Source: Candidatus Omnitrophota bacterium (GTDB lineage: Bacteria; Omnitrophota; Omnitrophia; Omnitrophales; Aquincolibacteriaceae). Taken from it: a stretch of 64,000 bases of DNA. The notes under the pieces were generated by a model that worked only from the letters and a program-made list of their open reading frames with translations, made no database searches and was not told where the DNA came from. The stretch is from the NCBI GenBank assembly GCA_903856085.1, contig CAIOAT010000028.1, positions 2,676 to 66,675 of the forward strand, written 5' to 3'. Each line of letters begins with the position of its first letter. Position 1 is the stretch's first letter. Below are positions 59,191-64,000 of the stretch, piece after piece. The position numbers and the translations under genes are program-made.

Positions 59191-60003
59191 GTGTCTCGTC
59201 GGACCTTGGGCTTTCTTAAAGAAGCTCTTCACGAGGATATCGGTCGTGGGGATGTTACCTCCAACCTTCTCATCCCGGCTCACGCTCAAGGTGAAGCTCG
59301 TGTGATCGCCAAGGCCCATGGTATTTTCTGCGGAGAACGGCTCGTGAGAGAAATTTTTAAACTCGTAGATCCGAAAGTGAAGCTTGAGTTTTGCGTGCAT
59401 AACGGCGGTAAATTGCGTCCTGGAAAGATCGTTTTTAAAATGCGCGGAAATATCCGGTCGATTCTCAAAGCTGAGCGGACTCTTGTGAATTTCATCGGCC
59501 ATCTTTCCGGGATTGCGACCAAGACGCGCCAATTCGTGGGTCGTGTAAAAAAATATCCCGCGCTTATTCTAGATACGCGCAAGACCACGCCGCTTTGGCG
59601 CGAGCTGGAAAAGGTGGCTGTGCAGGTGGGGGGCGGCAGGAACCATCGTCAGGGGCTCGACGAATTCATTTTTATTAAAGAGAATCATCGGATCCATGGA
59701 GACTTAAAAAAGCTCCGGTCTCATTCCGGCGAATTCGAGATCGAGGTTCGCAGTCTCGGCGAACTTTGGGAAGCGATTGGTCTGCGTCCCAAGGTCATAC
59801 TGCTGGACAACTTTACCCCCAAGGAAGCCAAGCGCGCGGTGGAGATCGTTCGCAAGGAAGCCCCGGGGACCCTCCTTGAAGCCTCGGGCGGTATCACGTT
59901 CGAGAATGTTCGAAAGTTCGCTGCTGCGGGTGTTGACACCATCTCTGTCGGATCTCTCACCCATTCCGTCAAAGCTGTCGATTTCTCCCTTCTGATTGAT
60001 TGA
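59191..60003 (+). CDS. nadC: nicotinate-nucleotide diphosphorylase (quinolinate phosphoribosyltransferase)
   Basis: LKEALHEDIGRGDVTSN N-terminal motif. 270 aa from the in-frame GTG at 59191. The track ORF from 58879 overlaps valS and is rejected. Confidence 0.85.
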   Translation: MSRRTLGFLKEALHEDIGRGDVTSNLLIPAHAQGEARVIAKAHGIFCGERLVREIFKLVDPKVKLEFCVHNGGKLRPGKIVFKMRGNIRSILKAERTLVNFIGHLSGIATKTRQFVGRVKKYPALILDTRKTTPLWRELEKVAVQVGGGRNHRQGLDEFIFIKENHRIHGDLKKLRSHSGEFEIEVRSLGELWEAIGLRPKVILLDNFTPKEAKRAVEIVRKEAPGTLLEASGGITFENVRKFAAAGVDTISVGSLTHSVKAVDFSLLID

Positions 60004-60092
60004 TATGAGCTTTTTCCGTCTTGTTTCGGCGTCATGGCCGAAAGGAGATTCGCCCGTAATCACCTTCACTCTAGTGTCGGGGAAATGAGGCG

Positions 60093-62123
60093 ATGACTGA
60101 GTTCAAACTTGTTTCGTCGATGCGCCCCAAGGGCGATCAGCCCTATGCCATCCAGAAGTTGGTGGAAGGATTTTCGGCTGGGAAAAAAGAACAAGTCCTC
60201 AAAGGTGTGACAGGCTCGGGGAAGACTTTCACCATGGCGCATGTGATCGCCCAGCTTGGCAAGCCCACGCTTTTGATCTCGCACAATAAAACCCTCGCGG
60301 CGCAGCTTTATTCCGAGCTCAAGGAATTCTTTCCCGCGAACGCTGTCGAATATTTTGTGTCCTATTACGATTATTACCAGCCTGAGGCGTATATCCCGCA
60401 TACGGATACCTACATTGAAAAAGATGCCTCGATCAATGAGGACCTTGACCGCTTGCGCCTTTCTGCCACCAGCTCCATCCTTTCACGCAAGGACTGTATT
60501 GTCGTCTCAAGTGTTTCCTGTATCTACGGCCTCGGAGCGCCGGAGGATTGGCAGGGACTTCTTGTCACGATCATCAAGGGTGAGCTCGCGGACCGGGACA
60601 AATTCCTGTCAAGTCTGATTAGTCTCCAGTATGAAAGGGTTGACACCGAACTCCGGCGAGGAACCTTTCGGGTGCGCGGCGGCAGGATCGATCTTCTTCC
60701 GTCGTACGGACAAAATCCCTATCGCATCGATTTCGGGCCCGAAACGATCGAGGGGATCACGCTTCTTGATCCGGTGAAGCTGACAGCCCTCCGCGAGATC
60801 GAAAAACTCGCGATCTATCCCGCCAAGCATTTTGTGACCCCGGGTGATCGTCTCGAAGCTGCGATCGTTTCGATCGAGCAGGAAATGAAAGAACATGTCA
60901 AGCTGCTCATGTCCGAAGGGAAGGACCTGGAAGCCAAACGCCTGGAATCGCGTACCCAATATGACTTGGAGATGCTTAAAGAAGTCGGCTATTGCTCCGG
61001 TGTTGAGAATTATTCACGCCATCTTTCTGGCCGTGCAGCGGGCTCTACGCCTTACACCCTCATCGATTACTTTCCCAAGGATTTTCTCGTCATTATCGAC
61101 GAGTCGCATCAAAGCGTGCCGCAGATCCGGGGTATGTTCAATGGTGACGCTTCACGTAAGAAAGTTCTGGTGGATCACGGGTTCCGCTTGCCCTCCGCTC
61201 TCGATAACCGTCCGCTCAGGTTCCCGGAATTTGAAGCTAAATTAAATCAATGTCTCTATGTCTCGGCAACGCCGGGGCCTTACGAGATGGGTCGTGTGCA
61301 GGAAGTGACCGAGCAGATGATCCGACCGACAGGGCTGATCGATCCTGAGATCGAGGTCCGCAAGACCGAGGGGCAGATCGATGACTTAATTAAGGAAGTT
61401 CGGGAGCGGGCGGATAAATCGGAACGGACAATCGTGACCACGCTCACGAAGAAAATGGCCGAGGATCTGAGCCGGTATCTCAAAGAGCTTGGGATCAAGG
61501 TGAATTACATTCATTCCGAATTCGACGCGTTCGAGAGGGTCGAGATCCTTCGGGACTTTCGTCTTAAGAAATACGATTGCGTGATCGGTGTAAATCTTTT
61601 GCGCGAAGGACTGGACCTCCCAGAGGTATCCCTTGTGATTGTGCTCGATGCCGACAAGGAAGGGTTTCTCCGCAGCGATGTCTCGCTCATCCAGATCGCG
61701 GGCCGTGCCGCGCGCCACATCAACGGAAAAGTCATCATGTATGGGGATAAAGTGACAGATTCTATGAAACGGGCGATCGACGAGACTGCGCGCCGCCGAA
61801 AAATTCAGGAAGAATACAACCGCGTTAACAAGATCACGCCGGTCTCGATCAAAAAAGAGATCAAGGACGGGATCGAACAGTGGAAAAAGGCCGAGGAATT
61901 CGTCCATGATGTGGTCCATGAATCCGGAAAGGAATACGAGGCGAAGAACTATCTCGCATTCTTGAAGCAACGCATGGAAGCTTGCGCCCGGGCCCTGGAG
62001 TTCGACAAAGCCGCTCGTTATCGCGATGAGATCCGCCGTTTAGAAGGGGAAACCGGACTCAAAGGAAGTGTTCTTGCGGGAGTGAAGAGCCGCGGAAGCA
62101 AACGATCCAAGACCCGGCGCTAA
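60093..62123 (+). CDS. uvrB: excinuclease ABC subunit B
   Basis: GVTGSGKTF Walker A, helicase motifs, and the C-terminal UVR domain (EFDKAARYRDEIRRLE). Confidence 0.95.
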   Translation: MTEFKLVSSMRPKGDQPYAIQKLVEGFSAGKKEQVLKGVTGSGKTFTMAHVIAQLGKPTLLISHNKTLAAQLYSELKEFFPANAVEYFVSYYDYYQPEAYIPHTDTYIEKDASINEDLDRLRLSATSSILSRKDCIVVSSVSCIYGLGAPEDWQGLLVTIIKGELADRDKFLSSLISLQYERVDTELRRGTFRVRGGRIDLLPSYGQNPYRIDFGPETIEGITLLDPVKLTALREIEKLAIYPAKHFVTPGDRLEAAIVSIEQEMKEHVKLLMSEGKDLEAKRLESRTQYDLEMLKEVGYCSGVENYSRHLSGRAAGSTPYTLIDYFPKDFLVIIDESHQSVPQIRGMFNGDASRKKVLVDHGFRLPSALDNRPLRFPEFEAKLNQCLYVSATPGPYEMGRVQEVTEQMIRPTGLIDPEIEVRKTEGQIDDLIKEVRERADKSERTIVTTLTKKMAEDLSRYLKELGIKVNYIHSEFDAFERVEILRDFRLKKYDCVIGVNLLREGLDLPEVSLVIVLDADKEGFLRSDVSLIQIAGRAARHINGKVIMYGDKVTDSMKRAIDETARRRKIQEEYNRVNKITPVSIKKEIKDGIEQWKKAEEFVHDVVHESGKEYEAKNYLAFLKQRMEACARALEFDKAARYRDEIRRLEGETGLKGSVLAGVKSRGSKRSKTRR

Positions 62124-62156
62124 AAAAAGCGTAGAACCGGGCCTGCTTGGTTCCTA

Positions 62157-63971
62157 CTAACGGGATAATTTAAAGCTCAACAGGGATTCCTTCAGCTTTG
62201 AGAGGTTCATCAAAGGGAGGATATTGGAGTATCCGTCAGTCCAGAGGCGGTGCTGCTCCTTAATGAAGTAGACCAGCGGGTACCAACTGAGATCCACCAC
62301 CAGTTTCTGGAATTGTCCCTTGTCCCACGCAAAAACCACCCAGGCGGAGCCCGTCCCGTAAGGCTGCCCCGAAGTCGCCCGGAAACCCGCGTAGGCCTGG
62401 AAAACCTTGGCGGCGTAGGTGAGGACCGGTTCCAGCCGTATATATCGGTTCGAGATATGGAACAGGATGATCCCTCCTTGGTTCAAATGCTGGGCGTAGA
62501 GGTTGATCGCCTCGACGGTTAAAAGATGGAAGGGAATGGAGTCTCCGCCGAAGGCATCCACGATCAGAAGATCGTATTTCCGGTCGTGGGCTTTGGCCAG
62601 TGTCTGGCGTGCGTCTCCGAAAAAGAAGCGGATCTTCCCTCGGGCACCCTCAAGATACGAAAAGTATTTCTTCGCGATGGTGTACACATCCGGATCGAGT
62701 TCGTAATAATCCATCGTTTGATCGGGGTGAGTGTAGATCGCCAGCGTTCCGGCACCGAGCCCGATGACGGCGATATTCTTGAAATTGAACTTGTCCGAGG
62801 AGAGGACTTCGCCCACCGGCGACGTCCGGCTGAACATGCAGCTCGGTTCCAGCCGGAGTTGCTCCGAGGTGAACTGCATCCCGTGCATGGTCGTTCCGTG
62901 GATCAGGAGCCGCGCACCTTTAAAATCCTTCACTTCGTAAACACCGTAGTAGTTTCTGTGTTTATATACACACCCGTAGTGACCGGTAAGATCGGAAGCC
63001 CAGAAGAATACCAACAGGAGAGGAACGACTCCCATGGACCAGGTCCGTACACGGCTCCAAAAACTCGAACGGGTGCCACCGGCCTCTCGCGCGATCATCC
63101 AGACCGCGAGTACGACAAAAGTGAGTCCCACGAGGTATTCGATCACAGACCTTGAGACGAGTGGCATGACCCAACTTGTAAGTATCCCGCCAAGGAATCC
63201 TCCCAGAGAGATCATGAGATAGAACTTTGTCAGTTCTCCTTCGGCGGACGGGCGCCGCGCGGCCAGCCGGTTTTGACAGTAGAGGCATATCAAAAAAAGT
63301 GTCCCGCATAAAAGAGCTAGCTCAATGACTGCCGAAGAGCCTTTGTTCTGGATGACAAGGAAAAGAAGACTGCTTGCTGCAAGGATGATGGGAATATTTT
63401 TTCTGAGCCATTCGGGGCACCACGGGGAAGGTTTGAAGCTCAAGATAAAAGCCAGGATGTAAATGCCGAGAGGAATGACCCACAGAAGTGGCAAGGGAAC
63501 GATCGTAAACGTCATCACGCTCGTGACGGACATGAACATGATGACACCTGCCGCACTCAGAAGTAGCCAGATGAGTACATCCCTGAGGGGAGTAACTATT
63601 ACGGCGGTCGCTGTCGGTTTTTTCCGGGTTTCGGTTTGTGTTGTCAGCGGAACGAGAAAAAAAAGAAGGGTATTCAGAGCTGCAAGCACGGCGTAGCCAA
63701 TCCGCCACATCTGCAGTTGCAACGGCAGGTCGAACAGGACCTCGAAGAGAAACGGATAGGTCAGAAGCGCTCCGAGCGAACCGGCGTTCGAGGTGGCGTA
63801 GAGGGCGTATGGGTTCGAGCGTTCTTTCAGGGAAGAGGCCGACAGCCACACCTGCAGGGCCACGCTCATAGTAGAAAGGACAAAAAAGACCGGGCCGATC
63901 GTGACAACGAGGCGCAGGAAGACGTCGCCCGCAAGGAATAGCGAACCGCTTTCCGTTCCGATCTTCAACAT
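62157..63971 (-). CDS. polytopic membrane protein fused to a spermidine-synthase-like (aminopropyltransferase/methyltransferase fold) domain
   Basis: About 330 aa of TM helices, then VIGLGAGTLA...LLIVDAFGGDSIPFHLLT, typical of the spermidine synthase fold. The start is near the window edge. Confidence 0.65.
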   Translation of the reverse strand: MLKIGTESGSLFLAGDVFLRLVVTIGPVFFVLSTMSVALQVWLSASSLKERSNPYALYATSNAGSLGALLTYPFLFEVLFDLPLQLQMWRIGYAVLAALNTLLFFLVPLTTQTETRKKPTATAVIVTPLRDVLIWLLLSAAGVIMFMSVTSVMTFTIVPLPLLWVIPLGIYILAFILSFKPSPWCPEWLRKNIPIILAASSLLFLVIQNKGSSAVIELALLCGTLFLICLYCQNRLAARRPSAEGELTKFYLMISLGGFLGGILTSWVMPLVSRSVIEYLVGLTFVVLAVWMIAREAGGTRSSFWSRVRTWSMGVVPLLLVFFWASDLTGHYGCVYKHRNYYGVYEVKDFKGARLLIHGTTMHGMQFTSEQLRLEPSCMFSRTSPVGEVLSSDKFNFKNIAVIGLGAGTLAIYTHPDQTMDYYELDPDVYTIAKKYFSYLEGARGKIRFFFGDARQTLAKAHDRKYDLLIVDAFGGDSIPFHLLTVEAINLYAQHLNQGGIILFHISNRYIRLEPVLTYAAKVFQAYAGFRATSGQPYGTGSAWVVFAWDKGQFQKLVVDLSWYPLVYFIKEQHRLWTDGYSNILPLMNLSKLKESLLSFKLSR

Positions 63972-64000
63972 CCTTCCCGGAAAAACCAGGAGGGGGAGAA

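Overview
This 64-kb window is a dense bacterial chromosomal segment, moderately GC-rich, with most genes on the plus strand. The most unusual element is an APC-family permease carrying a C-terminal GlnB/PII domain, inside a nitrogen-assimilation cluster with a NifA-like sigma-54 activator and four perfect TGGCAC-N5-TTGC promoters.

Housekeeping blocks I can support from the sequence:
- glmU-prs-ctc(L25)-pth
- rpsF-ssb-rpsR-rplI-dnaB
- bamA-skp-(lpxC/fabZ fusion)-lpxA-lpxI
- carA-carB
- lpxB with a Gfo/Idh/MocA oxidoreductase, facing an msbA-like ABC exporter
- hom-thrC-(apgM-like)-lysC
- cimA, valS, nadC, uvrB

Accessory or unusual content:
- An AbiEi/AbiEii type IV toxin-antitoxin islet at 1.3-3.0 kb, preceded by tandem repeats and an inverted repeat.
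- A nitrogen cluster at 18.5-32.8 kb. It holds the NifA-like GAF/sigma-54 activator, a type III glutamine synthetase and two tandem amt-glnK pairs. An APC permease with a C-terminal universal-stress-protein domain is transcribed divergently from the APC permease-PII fusion. A divergent standalone PII-like protein, an orphan Fis-like HTH ORF and a porin-like outer-membrane protein follow the fusion gene.
- A 5.4-kb gene for a secreted protein with a beta-helix, five or more tandem Ig-like repeats, a clan GH-A hydrolase domain and a GG-lectin/ILEI-like domain.

I found no tRNA, rRNA, CRISPR array or transposase. rplI carries an apparent single-base frameshift in a C4 homopolymer.
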